Below are positions 12,201-26,601 of a DNA stretch of 64,000 nt, in pieces; position 1 is the first letter of the stretch; every line of letters starts with the position of its first letter. Made by a program: the position numbers and the translations under genes. The notes under the pieces were generated by a model, which saw only the letters and a program-made list of their open reading frames with translations, was not told the DNA's origin and did not search any database. Origin of the DNA: Girardia tigrina (taxonomy: Eukaryota). The DNA is taken from NCBI GenBank assembly GCA_001938485.1, contig MQRK01222169.1, positions 7,982-71,981 on the forward strand, read 5' to 3'.

Positions 12201-15200
12201 CAGATTTTTTAAATAATTATTTTTCTTTGAACCCACAAAAATTAGAAAACTATAAATATGAAAAATTAATATTCGATGAAGACTAATTATCACTAATGAC
12301 ATGTAAAATTCAAAGATATATCTATTTTTATAATTTACATTTAAATAATTAACTGAAAGTAATATTTTTGTTAGGCGTATTAAAATATTTTCTTTAAGTT
12401 GCTAGATTTTTGTCTTTTGAATTTGGTTTGATTTTTATTTAATTTATAAATAAGAGATAATAAAAGAGCAATCACAAATTTGTTTTTTTTTCAAAAAAGT
12501 GACTAATTAATCAGTCAGAAAGTAAATCTATTTATTTTATTTATGTTTTTTCATCAGGATTATAAATTTGGGCAAAATTTCAGCTCAAACCCCGGAAAAT
12601 GGGCGAAAAGTTTACATATATGAAGTGAGTTAAAAAAAGTTTGGTAAAAAGTAATTAATTACTATTTATATCAGTGCTTCCCAACATTTTTTGTCCTGCT
12701 AGGGTCGCCATATTAACAACATCAATATGAGGTTTACAACATTTATTAATATTACAAGCGCATTCACTATTTGACATCTCTCTTGATCAATATTTTTCTG
12801 AGTTCAACTAATTATTTTCAATAAATGAAAATCTGTTAATAAAAATTATTAATTATAAAGAATCTAATTGGTTGAAATTAAATCTAAACATTTTTTAAAA
12901 AAAGAGCATATTAAATTAATATATTAAAATTTTAAACTACATTAAAAAATAAATAATACATTCAAAAATTATTTTAAATCTTTTTACTTTACAATTAAAT
13001 TATTTTTAATTAGTAAGAATCAAAGAAAATATCAATCATCCATCTGTGTAGGAGAGGCACAATCCGAATCAACATTCTACATGCACAATATCAACACACA
13101 ATTAAAAACATTCCTCACACTCCACCTTAACCTTTTTAAAATTTTTATGACCCCCTCTGTAACATACATAATTTTTAATATTTAAAAATTGATTTATTCA
13201 CTTTAGAAACGTAAATGATAGATTCTAGGAAGAACTCACTATAAATTGTTAACAAAACACAGCAAGTAGAATTTCAAAACGTAATAAAAAACTGAAATTC
13301 AAATTCCAGATAAATTTAATACATATTTTTCTATGTTAATTTATTATTTTAGTTCAGTGAGATTGCTGGATACTTGCTGCACAGCAATTTTATATTAAAT
13401 TCCAACTTGATTAGCTTCAGTCTTAAGTCTCTACGTTGTGTTATATCCAGTCGATTTCTTCTTTTTACCAGTAAATCATTTACAGCACGAAATCCCAATT
13501 CAGCTAAAAATGAAAATGGAAAGAGTAGCAACAATTTTTTTGTATATTTGGTGGTATTCGGATATTTGATTTCTGTTTCCTCACAAAACCATGTCATCGC
13601 CCTTTTTATATCAAATAAAAATTTAACTGACTCATCATTTTGCAATTCTGCGAGTTTTTCTTGATATTGAATAATTTATATATCAGGCAAATCGACTAAT
13701 ATTGACTTCGTCAACCATGTTGGAAAATCGATTTGTTTTAGATCAGAAAATCTTTCTTTTTAAATCTGTCGATAGATTATTCAAATGATTGACAATAACA
13801 AGTAAAGCAGTATCAGTTACTTCACATTTTTGGAGCTAATAAAAGTGTGTAAAGTTCTTGTTGTTAATATGTTTCTGAAATAAGTCACTATTACTAATGA
13901 AACCAAATATTGTCGCTTTTGCATCGACAAGAGTTTTATTTGTTCCTTGAAGTTACTTATTTAATATACTTAGATTTTCAAAGATATCGGATAAATAACT
14001 AACAAATGCTTTACCATCGATTGTTAATAGATACTTAATTTCAGATCTGTCGCTTCAAATATAACTAAGAGTATCACATAGTTTCATAAATCTTTTCAAG
14101 CAGTTTCCTTTAGATAACCATCTTATTTCGAAATGAAGTAAAAGTATCATATGGTCTTCACTTTGTTCTTTACAAAATAGCTTGAATAGATGCTTACATT
14201 TGGCACTAGCTTCAATAGCATAAGCACACTTTATTACTTCATGTAGTACTTCATTTAGAAAACGGGACTCATTTTTAGCTACCAAGTTTTCCATATGAAT
14301 AATCAAGAATCATCTATGGATTCAAATCCTTCATCAAATCTATTTGTAACAAGAACTATTGTAACAAATGTTGATATTGACGGTTTTATTAAATTCTCTC
14401 CTATAATCTGTTTTTTTTCCAATTTTAGCGATGCATAAAGAAATTAGATAACTAGCCTCAAGAATGCGCATATTGGTTGTAGAATGAGCAGTAAATAGAG
14501 ACTTTAATGTTGTTCTTTTTTAAAAAACTTTTCTTTAAAGTTTTAAAGTAACTCAAATCTGAATTAATATGAGGACTATGCATCGCCTTCAAATGCACCT
14601 CAAGGTGATTTCGTTTCATCGATTCGTTGGTTAAGCATTACTGGCACAAAAGACAAAAAGGAATCCACCCATCATGAAGATCGGATATGAACTCAAATTT
14701 TAAGTATTCCTCAGAATATTCATGAGTTTTTTTTTCTTGCTTGCACCACTCATTTTAGCATTGACTATAAAAATAACCATAAGATCGAATAAAAACTAAT
14801 ATTAAAATGTGTTAAAATTAAATCAATACTAATTATATCCAGGTGCGTACGTAGGGGGATTCGGGGGATAAATCACCCCCCCCCTCCCCGAAAAGTTTGA
14901 ATTATGATTGTAATTACATAAGAATACGTTAAAAAGTTTAAGAATTCAAAATTTGAACTATCCAAAATAAATAATATTTTGCAAAATTAAAAAAATAACC
15001 CCCGAAAAAAATGAATTATCATCATAATTACATTAAAGTTTTTTAATTGAATATTAATAAGAATAAGTTAAAATCCTTAATTTTAAAAGGCTAAGTTTCC
15101 AAAATAATTAATATTTTGCAAATTAAAAAGATCCCCCCCACCCCCGAAAAAATTAAATTATAATCCTAATAACTTCAAAGTTTTTTAACTATCATTTAAT

Positions 15201-18200
15201 AAGAATAAATTAAAGTGTTTAAGTTTAATATGAGTTTAATTCTGAGCTCTGTTTATTGTTTTTAAAATATTTGTTTGTTCTGTCGAATTTGCTAGAATTT
15301 CTGTATTTGTAACAATTAATTCTGACTGAAATATTGAAGTAGGATGAGAATTGGGATTTGAAACAGCACTGCTATATATTTTAGTAGTGAGAGTTTAATA
15401 GTGGACCCTCTAAAGAGCCTTAGGCTCAATACCATTACAGAGATGGGAGGCCCACAATTCAATTTATTTTACTTCATTTTAAGATTAAAAAAATATCTAC
15501 AAAAACAAAATAACAAATAATATCAAATAAATAAATAACTAAATAGAAAAACATAACGAAACTATAAAATAATGTTGTCAATTAGCTGATAGTCATAATG
15601 AAGTGTGATTTCAAATTTTTCGATTGTGATTCAAGCATAGATTTTTTTAAAAGTGCAAAAAACTTTTTCAGAAAAACATAATTTCAAGACATTTTTTTGA
15701 TTTGCAAAACATTTTTTCAGAAAATAAAATTAAACAAATTTTTTCTAATATTTTCGGTTTTTAGCTATAGATCGACTGAAATTCGTGTGGCGATTGACTG
15801 GTAGATCGCGATCGCCTGTTTGGGCAGGCTTGTTTTAGTTGAATAAAACAAAAATTGAAAAAGATTAATTACATATATAATAAATATTTTTATAAAAGTC
15901 TAAATTATACAATTATTATATTACGAGATATTGCACTTTTGAAAGAATTCGAATTGGCAAATCTGTCATCTAATTGTTTATTTGTTATATTCGGGTCTTC
16001 CAAACTAGCATTTTTTAAAAAACTACAACTTTTTGAAAAGTTTTGATTCAATAAATGTCTTATTCTTTCAAGACTTGGAATTTTGAAATCTTAATAATAA
16101 CTGATAAATTAAACAAATTAAATAAATCTACGTACTGAAAAACTTTTTTCCATAACGATTATTTTTTTGAGAATGACTAACTTTACTGACAATACCAAAA
16201 AGCTTTACTAAATGATAACTCTGAAATTGTTTCATATAACAAGCTTCGTTAATAAACTCTCTTCTTTCAAGAATTGTCGAATTGGTATTTAAAGTCTTAA
16301 AAATAAATATAATCGGTAAAAATCAATTCAGAAAAGTTTCTTAAGAAAATTTTACAATTCCAAAAAGAAATAAATTTTTGGAAGATCATTTTTAAATGAT
16401 TAACGCAAAATTTATAAAATGATCAACAACAAAAAATTTTTCCTGTAGTTGATATAAAGTTTTATAAATTATCACTGTAAATAAAAAAAATGTTGTGTTT
16501 CCGAATCAATATATGTATATATATTATCTAGAATTGATAATGACATTTTTAATAATAATGCAAACAAAGCCCATTTTTATATATTAAATTTATTGACAAC
16601 GCATACGCGTTTCACCATTTCGGCATCTTCAGTGCAATGAAATAAAGTGATTAATTACTATTTATATAGTTGAAAAACTATTACATCATGCGTTTTAAAA
16701 ACATAATTTTTTCTTATTTAAAAAAAAGTCTTTTAATGATATTTAAAAAACTTTATTATGATTAGATGAATCACCTTGCACTTTTAAGAATGGTTTATGA
16801 TGAATGATTTTATTTATGAATGCTTTATTAACAATGCTTCGAAAATAATCCTTTCATAATTTGTGTCAAAAATTATTTAAAATCTTTATAGTAATCCATA
16901 AGATTACCTTTACATCTTTTAATATGGCTCAATATCGAACTATTTCTACTCGATTGAGTATGTTCAGCAATTCTAGTGTGGAGATGACGAATTGTCTCTC
17001 CAATGTACCAGGCTTCGCACTTGTGACATTTGAATTGATAAACTAAATTTGCCTTAATACACAAAGGAATTTTTGATTTGATGAAAAAATAGTTCCGGCA
17101 TTTATTAGTTACAAAGATTACTTTCAATTTTAAGCCAACAGGTGTTCGATGTTCTAAAAATCGTTTGAACTCTTGCTCTCTCTGAGTACGGTAATTTTAG
17201 ATATATAGTCATTTGATTACCAATGTCATTTCCCGAAATTATATTAGATTTTAAGTAAATGGATTCAACAGTATCTTTTATGATTTTATTTAAATACTAT
17301 TAAGAACATTAATTTGGTTTTCTTTACATATATTTATATCACAATTTGAATTGCCACTAGAACAATTCTCTATAAAACTTGCGTAGCTCGTCATCGTTCT
17401 TGATTGATAATCTTTAATAATATTCTTTAACGTCTTATTATTTAAACAAATTTAAATTACAATTTAATTATTACAAAAATAATTTATACTTTAAATTATA
17501 CTTTAATTATTACAAAAATAATTTATACTTTAAATTTTAAATAATTTTTATTTATTTTAAGAAAATATTATTTATGAAATAGTAGTTTAATTTTAAAGTG
17601 ATTAATTAAATTTTAATACTTGATTAAACAACCCGATGTTTTAAAATATTTAAAATATCAATCTTCCATCTGGGTGGGAGAAACACAATCCTAAAACAAT
17701 ATACCAAACAACACACAATAAACACCATTCAAAAATATTCCTCACAAATACTTTTTATTAAATCCATTTTTAGAAAGCTTATTATGAAGTTCATCAACTT
17801 CATTATCAAATATCTCAAAGGTTGATGTTAAACCCCAGACTCTATGTACCAAACCTTTAATCATGTTCCTATTGTATTTTGGGTCAGCAAAACTGATTGG
17901 ATAACTGTACAAGTCGGTATCATTTGGTTTTCGATATATTCGAGTCTGATATTTATTTTTAATTCTTTCAATTAATACGTCTAAAAATGATAGTTTAATA
18001 GTATTTTCTATTTCAAAGGTAAACTTTATATTAGGGTGAAGACCATTTACAAACTCTGAAAAGTTTGAGACATTATCTTCACCTTTAAATATAAGAAAAG
18101 TGTCATCAACATATCTCGTATAAAATAAAGGTAATTCACCCTTAAAATTAATGAACTTTTGTTCTAAATTATGCAAAAAGATAGAGGCCAAAGATGTAAA

Positions 18201-21200
18201 GGTAATCTTATGGATTACAATAAAGATTTTAAAGTGATTTGAAATAATTTTGACACAAATTATGAAAGTATTATTACCGAAGCATTGTTAATAAAGCATT
18301 ATAAACCATGTTTAAACGTGCAAGGTGATTCATCTAATCATATTAAAGTTTTTTAAGTTTTTAAAGTTTTAAATATCATTAAAATACTTTTTTTAAATAA
18401 GAAAAAGAAAAAAAGCATGTTTTAAAACGTATGACGTAATAGTTTTTCAAATCATTCTTAGGATTATCCTCTCCAGTACCATTGGCTGTTGTGTTTGTCT
18501 GAGTCACGAGTGCAACAATTGATTCATCTGACAGCATCTCAAACGTGGGTTCTGAGTTGTCACATTGTAACCACAAATTATTTAATTTCAAATTTTATGC
18601 ATAAATTATAATTTTTTTGTATTTAGCTTCGAATTTTAAATTTTAAAAAATACCGAGTATTTTCAATTTTAATTTTTATATTCTATTTCATATTTCTTTC
18701 ATTAGGAATATGATTTGAAAGGAAATTTTACTATAAGAAGTATTTATATCATCTTTATTTTACAAATTACGGTAACCGAAAACATTTCGGGGTGAAAACT
18801 AAACCCCGACCGGAATAATAATAAATGAACCATAAATTTTTCTTAAAACATAAAATTATTTTATATTGTAGTTTTTAAAAATGATAACAATAAATACAAA
18901 TTATATAAGCATTGTTATGTATTATTGCCTTGTTTTAATAATAATATCAGGTTTAAAAAACGCCAACAAACAAAAAATTTTTGGGATCCATACATCCAGC
19001 CGCGGTTTAACCGATCCGCATAAATTTTACATAAATTTTACTTGTAAATATGAATAATTTATCAGGACAGTCGCCATTCCTAACTATTTAAACATTTGTC
19101 GATTTATTTACGTAAATTAACCTAAAAGTCCAGTATACTGTTTTCATTCTTCAATGAACTTTTCATTCTTCATTGAACCAAACTACCTTTTAGCTTAATA
19201 CTTGATCAATTATTTTATTTAGGCTTTTTGTCTAGGACAGACTTTAAGATTATGTTCTTCGTCAGTAAACCTGATGTTACTTTTAACGCACAATTTTAAA
19301 TATCAAAAACGATGATGACTGAAACTGTTACAATAATTTTAACAGTTTTTGTATGAAATACATAATACCTTAGGGAATATTTACAAAATAATAATATTGT
19401 CACTTTAATAACTGTCAGAATAAAAACCTTTATTTAAACAATATATTATTTAATCTTTAGTTGATAATATTTTATTCATTTTAAGGTATTTAGTTAACTG
19501 TTAAAAAATAATATTGATAAATTAAGTGAAAATGTTGATACTAAATTATTTTTTAAAATAAATTTGTCTAATTTACGACTAACTCAATTTAAAAGTAAAA
19601 ATCATATATAATATAAAAATGTAAAAAGTTATTATTTGGTTGAAACTGAATTGAAAACTTATAATAAGTGTATAAAAAATAACTTGTGATAATTTCTAAA
19701 CCAAAAACATCAAATAACCTTAACAGCAACAAATAAATCTTTCAAATTCGATCCATCACGATATTCAAATCTTGTTGGAGTACTTAAATTTTTTAGGATT
19801 CCTTTATATACCATTCCAAAACTTCCTCTTCCTAAAGGAAAATTCCAATCCATCATATCAACATCTTTTCTTTCAATTTCCCATTCATCAATTTCATAGA
19901 TTATCCAATAATCCGGATTCGATGATACCCATTTAGTTTTTCTCAAATATCTAAAATATAAATAAATCAGTTCTTAAGAAACATGTTGAGTTAACGGTGA
20001 TATATCACCGACACTTTGAATTTTTCCGTATCCCAAAAAAATGTGTTGACGAAAAATGCGCGATGTCAAAACTGAAATTAGGTTGGTCGAAAAATAATGG
20101 CGGTTTTTGAGCTTTATACTTTGTTTATCTACTTTGATATGTATATAAGTTTAAATGCATTAGTGTTAGATATTATTTGAAATCTTATGCCTAGCTGTAT
20201 AATCATATAGCCATTATTAACATATTGCTGTTATTTTTTAGAATATTTACTGTGCTAAATTAATAATGGAAAAAATTAAAATTCGAGCAATTTTCTTGTA
20301 CAAATTTAAACTGGGTCGTAAAGCAGCAGAAATTGCTCGCAATATAAATAAAGCGTTTGGCAAGGGAACAGCTTCTGAGCGCACAGTACAACGATGGTTC
20401 CGAAAATTTTCTGATGGAGATGAAAACCTTGAAGATGAAGAAGGTCGTGGTCGTCCAGTTGATGTGAACAACGACAATTTGAGGACAATGGAGGAAATAG
20501 ATCCCCGTACAACAATCAGAGAACTTGCAGAGGGGTTGGGCGTTAGTCATTCAATAGTCCTGGATCATTTAAAACAACTTGGAAAAATCAAGAAACTTGA
20601 TAAATGGGTTCCACATGATTTGAATGAAAATCAAAAGAACCGACGCTATGAAATTTGTTCTGCCAATCATCTTCGAAATAAAAACGATCCATTTCTTGAT
20701 CGTATTGTTACCTGTGATGAGAAATGGATCCTGTATGATAACCTACGTCGATCTGCACAGTGGTTGGACAAAGATGAAGTACCGAAACACTTTTCAAAAC
20801 CGAAACTAACATCCCGTAAGGTTATGGTGACAGTTTGGTGGTGTGATGCTGGTATCATCCACTATAGTTTCTTGAATCCAGGTGAAACAATCACAGAGGA
20901 GAGGTACTGTCATGAAATTGATGAAATGCATAAAAAATTGAAAACCCTTTGTCCGGGATTGGTCAATCGAAAAAGTCGCATCCTTCTTCATGATAACGCT
21001 AGACCTCATATTTCAAAAGTGACTCTTCAAAAGCTTAATGAGTTGGGCTATGAAACCCTGTTTCATCCACCATATTTACCAGACCTCTCGCCAACGGACT
21101 TCTACTTCTTCAGGCATTTGTACAACTTTCTACGTGAAAAAATTTTCAAAAACCAAAATGATGCTCAAAATACCTGCCAAGAATTCGTCGCTTCGAGAAC

Positions 21201-24200
21201 CGATGCATTTTATGCTGATGGAATAAAACAACTTGTTTCTCGTTGGCAAAAATGTATTGATGCCAACGGTTCATATTTTGATTAATAAACTTTTGTTTCT
21301 GTGGATTTGTACGTCTTTGAAGTTTGTGTCCTAAAACCGCCATTATTTTTCGACCAACCTAATATATGTGTACCGCTATTTGCGCGAAAAAAAATATTTA
21401 CTTACAAAATTCGTTAATAATAACAAAATTTTATGATTTATATAAAATTATTCTTAATTTAGTACCAAAATATAAATTTAATAAATGTATTAAAAATGAG
21501 ATAATTGTAAAAATAAATTATTTCGTTAATAATAAAAAATCATATGATGGACTTCAACAGCGAGGGCAAGAAGAATAATAGGAAATCCTGAGCAAAAAAG
21601 GTTTTCAAAAAATGAAGTAAAAACTTTCTAACAATAAGTAATTTGAAAATTACAGTAAGATGGATATTGGCTAGTAAAATATAAAAAAATATTTAAGATA
21701 AATAGGCTGTGGAAAATTGTATTACCAATTCTGAAACAAGTCTTTTAATGCTAGTATATCCTACTATTATACTTTGATCGATTATTGCCATCTTGAACAG
21801 GACATTTTCGTGTCCTTTTTAGTTCAAATAAATAAAATGTTCACTTTTTAATTATTATAAATTTGTATTTTTTATTTTTTTCATTTGTTGCACGGAAGCT
21901 TACCGAATCTGGAAGACAACAATAAAAAATCTATTGCGAAAGTTGAGAGAATGGGAAGGAAATAGAGCGGAAATTTCGGAAACGCAAATAGAAAAGATCC
22001 TGAGGAAAGTCAGGAGTACACCCTGTGTACAGTAAACAGATCAGTTCCAGACGAGGTAATCTCCTCACACTTTAATCAATTTTTTTCAGTCGACTGATCT
22101 CTTTGACGTCGAAAACCTTAACGGACTATCACAACAGAATACTTTCCTAGAAGCAGTGCTGCAAGTAGAGGAAGTTGAAAGTGCAATTGCACAGCTAAAG
22201 AACGGAACTGCTGCAGGAAAAAATGGAATAATTCACGAATTATTCAAATGTGAATGCAATAATTTTGTTTCCAAACTGACAGAATGCTTTGAACAAATTT
22301 GGGTTGGAAGAGCAAACTTCCCAGAAAGTTGAAAAGAAGTAAAAGTGGTCATAATATACAAAGAATAAGGCTCCAGAAATGACCTCAACAATTAACGAGA
22401 GATATTCTTGCTTGAAGTTAGGGGAAAGATAATGGTACTGGTTAAAGTAAATAGACTTATCCCGATAGTATAAAGAGAAATTGGCGAATGTCAATTTGGT
22501 TTCCGAAATGGTAGGGGAACGCAATACACAATATGTATTATTCAGGAGGTTCAGGAAGAAGCAAGGTACAGAAAACAAGATTTATATTATTTTCATAGAC
22601 TTGGAAAAAGCTTTCAATAGTGTACAAAGAAATGTGTTTTGGAGATACCTAAAGAAACTGGAGATAAATGGCAGAATAGTCACCATGATTACCCGATTTC
22701 ACGAGAGATTCAAGTGTTCAATTGGTGAACATGAGTTCACTTGTTCAAATGCGTAAGACAGGGTTGTATCCTGGATGTGGTACTGTTCAATATTGTGTTC
22801 GACAGAGCACTCAATCTAGCAGAAACAAATGGGATGACAGGAGGGATACAACTCCGAAATGAGGACGGCTCCGAACTGATGATCAATCATATAGCGTATA
22901 CAGTATCATTAACAAAGACTATAATGAGTTAACAAGAAATATGCTTATTCTAAACAAGATGTTCAAGCAATTGGGTCTAACAATCAACATAAAAAAGATC
23001 ACGATTATGAATCTAAATAGTGATGCGAAAATACAAACGGCAGGTTGCGAGATGATGTCAAGAATTGAGTGGTAGACCGAGTTCAGGTACCATGAATCAA
23101 TAATATCTTCTTACGGAAATTGTGAGGTAGATATCAGAGAGAGAATAATGAAAGAGTACGGCAAACTTCGAACTATGAAACCTGTAAAAATATGATTTAA
23201 TAGAATATTTTAAATTTTATGTAATATATATCAATCGTTGTTTTTACTAGCTCTAAAAAATATGAATAACAAATGATACTATTTAGTCAACGGAAGGATA
23301 AAAAAAAGAATAATATGTTTATAACAATAGAACAAGAAATACGGTATTAAGAATGTATATAACGGAATTAAAATTACTTCACAATGTAAACTTTATGTTT
23401 GTTTTAGTAATATGATATTTTCACTAAGAATTATGTCGGATCTTCTTAAATTCGTTCTTCTCAATAGTTTTAAATATTTGTAGAATTATTTTTCTTGTTA
23501 TGGATATTTCAACTATTATTTTTTGATTTAATACGTTATTTCTTTTGATCTTATGGTTTGAGTTCAAAACAATAAAAATTAGGAAGGAGAATAATACACG
23601 AATATGGATTCAACAATAACAATTACTTTAATCAAAACTAAATTGATAATTCCTTTTCTATTTTAAATAATAATTATTAAATTCTATTTCTATTACAATG
23701 CAATGATATCGATTATTTTTTTAATTTTTTTTAATTTCAATTTATAATTATCATAATAATTTAATAACGTTTCTTGTTTTTTTTCTTTGTATCTTTTTCT
23801 TCTCTGTGATGTTCACTTCCTTCTCTTTAAAAAATAAAATTAACAAATAAGTAAACCAGAAAACAGCAAAAAATAAGAATTCACACAAACACATTCAAAG
23901 ACAAGCCCGCAACAATGATTGACAGATTTCACACAAAAGAACATAGATATAAATGCAAATATGCCTATTTTCAATATAAATAAGAATAATCGAGCATGAC
24001 AAAACTTATCCTGAAGTATCCAAAACTAACGATCCAAAGCCAGCGAAAATTGATTGAGAGCTGTATACTGTCTGTAGAATATTATGTGTATTAAAATTGG
24101 AGGACAATCGACACACTGGTAAAGAAACTGGAGAGCCTACACAATCATGGTACTCGGTTGGTGTCGGGCATAATGAAGGAGTAGAAAATCAGAATGGATT

Positions 24201-26566
24201 CAATCACAATTGGATTACCTCACCCAATGGGTATTCTAGCGAAGAGACGGCCCCCGTTCAGTGCTCTGTTAGCCACTGGCAATGGACTTAGTAAATTAAG
24301 ATTTCTTCCTTTACATAAGTTGATTCTGTATTTTGAAATGACTTAAAATGCTCACAAAGCTAATTCGTCTGACTGGGTTGTACGAGCTCAATAATACGAA
24401 TACAGAGATGATAGTGTGTCTCTCCTATGTAAGAACTTTGACAATCATAATCTAAAAACTTCTATACATTATAATCTCACATATAGAAATTTAAATAGAA
24501 AATTAAATTGAACACATCTAATTCCTTTTTGTTATTTTACTGACTTAGGTACTAAGATTCAAAACCATTATTTTACAATACAAAGATATTATTTTATAAA
24601 ATACACATTAAATTTTAATTATTACTTTTTTCTATGATAATAATACACCGGATAGATCACCGAAGCCAATATTAAAACGAAAACAATTGTTCCAACAATA
24701 AAAAGCAGTAGGTAAAATTCTAAAATAATTAAATTATTTACATTATTAATCAGTTTATTCAAAATTTTAAAAAATAGCTTTTCAAATAAAGCTAGGAAAT
24801 TATTATTAAATTTCTATTGAATTATTGTCAAGAACTGTAAATGTCTTCTGTCTATAAATAACTATCTCGGAATTCCAAATCTTACCTGAAAATATTTACT
24901 ATGAAATATTTTCATAGTAAATATTTTTACTATGAAAATATTTATTAAAATATTACCTAACCCTAACCCATTAGTTTTTAGAAGGGTTTCATTTACCATA
25001 GATGATTTTGCTTAGACTCAGAGGAAAACCTCATTCATTCAAAATAAAAAAAAACAGTTTAAAAAACAATTGAAAACTGAAGTTCATTAGGTTATTTTTT
25101 GAAAGCTTGAATTAATTCAAACTAATTTCAGCCACAAATCCGCTCAATGTTTTCTGTTTTCATAGTGTTCGAAACCGAATTTCGTTTGAAGTTAAATATT
25201 TTCTTCTCTAATGGAAGATACTCTAAAGCAATGGTACTTAACCTGCGGGCCGCGGGTCACATACAGACCATTACGCGAAATTTTGCAGTTACGTATTCAG
25301 CTGAAATATCAGTTTTTAAATTTTTTGTAAAAACTGTTTTTGTTAATAAAGTCCGTTAATATGAAATGGAACATATTAAAATTGTTTCATTTCTAAAAAT
25401 TTTCTACGTAAAAATTGATGCTTATGTGCTCAATTAGTAATTTGGAGTGTCGAAAATTGAAAAACATGAGATTGGTGTTCATGCGTTAACTTAAAATATT
25501 AATTAAAAAATCAAGTTATTTAAATCAACTAAGCAACGAGTTTTATCAGTTTTAAATTTAGGTAATGGGCCTGTTAATTCTGATAATATGTTTAGCACTT
25601 TTTTCAAGATGAGCAACAATGATAAGAAATCCAATCAAGCGCTGGTGAATTCCAGGAGCAACGATAATGAACTAGTCAACCGTGATATTTCATCCAATAT
25701 CCGGGAAACCAAGGTTGGTATTTCGAACTCTCTGAGAAATTAGTGCCGTTTTTATTAAAAAAAGAAAAATTCAAAATGAACATCGGATATTCAATGATTC
25801 TGGGACCAGTTCCTACTTCTTTAATAACAACAAAAACTCATCGTTTCGCCTAATTTGTTAAGAAACAGTTGGCACAATGAAAGAATATAATATTAAACGT
25901 CACTATATGCAAAAACATGGAGGAAAATATGAAACCTTCACAGGTCAGCTAAGAAAAGATATATTAAATAAATTGCAAAGTAGTTTAACCCGATAACAAA
26001 TTTTTTTCACAAGAAAATAAAATTTTTGTTTGTCATTGTGTTTTAAACATTGAAAATCTATGCGCAAAATAAATCCAAATGAAAATTGTTATGAACATAG
26101 TTGTATCAACAGTAAGATGACGTGCCTGAACCATCGGTAATTTAAAGAATTTTTATCCCTCTCTGAAACCCAATACTGTGATTTTATTTATAATAACGAA
26201 GTTAAATGGTTGAGTAAGGCAAAAGCATTACAAAGATTTTACGATCTTTTGGAAGAAATCAAATTATTTATGGATATGAAAGACAAGCCAATTGAAAAAG
26301 TTAAGAACGAAGCATCGCTAGCAAATTTTGCATTTATGGGGTATGACTTCTCTTTTATCAGATTTGAATAGAAAAATTCAGGGTAAAATTATTCTTTGGG
26401 AAAAACAGTTGTGAAAAATAATGCATTCAACTTTATCAACTCACGTTCTCGTTCATTAACAGATATTAATATATATATATANNNNNNNNNNNNNNNNNNN
26501 NNNNNNNNNNNNNNNNNNNNNNNNNNNNNNNNNNNNNNNNNNNNNNNNNNNNNNNNNNNNNNNNNN

Positions 26567-26601
<35 letters not shown>

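Larger units (their letters stand above)
16575..18449 (-). mobile_element. Penelope-like element: RT, GIY-YIG and inverted partial pLTR
   Basis: [12 protein letters not shown] (17742-18191); [29 protein letters not shown] (16873-17127); 18190-18449 inverts 16670-16920. Confidence 0.9.

Noticed and set aside
19240-19270. CTGACGA on the minus strand as a further hammerhead
   Set aside because: No GAAA after stem II and no Penelope context
24010-24460. Possible LINE 3' fragment or extra exon (ORF 24097-24291)
   Set aside because: Wrong strand for InR and motifs too decayed to assign
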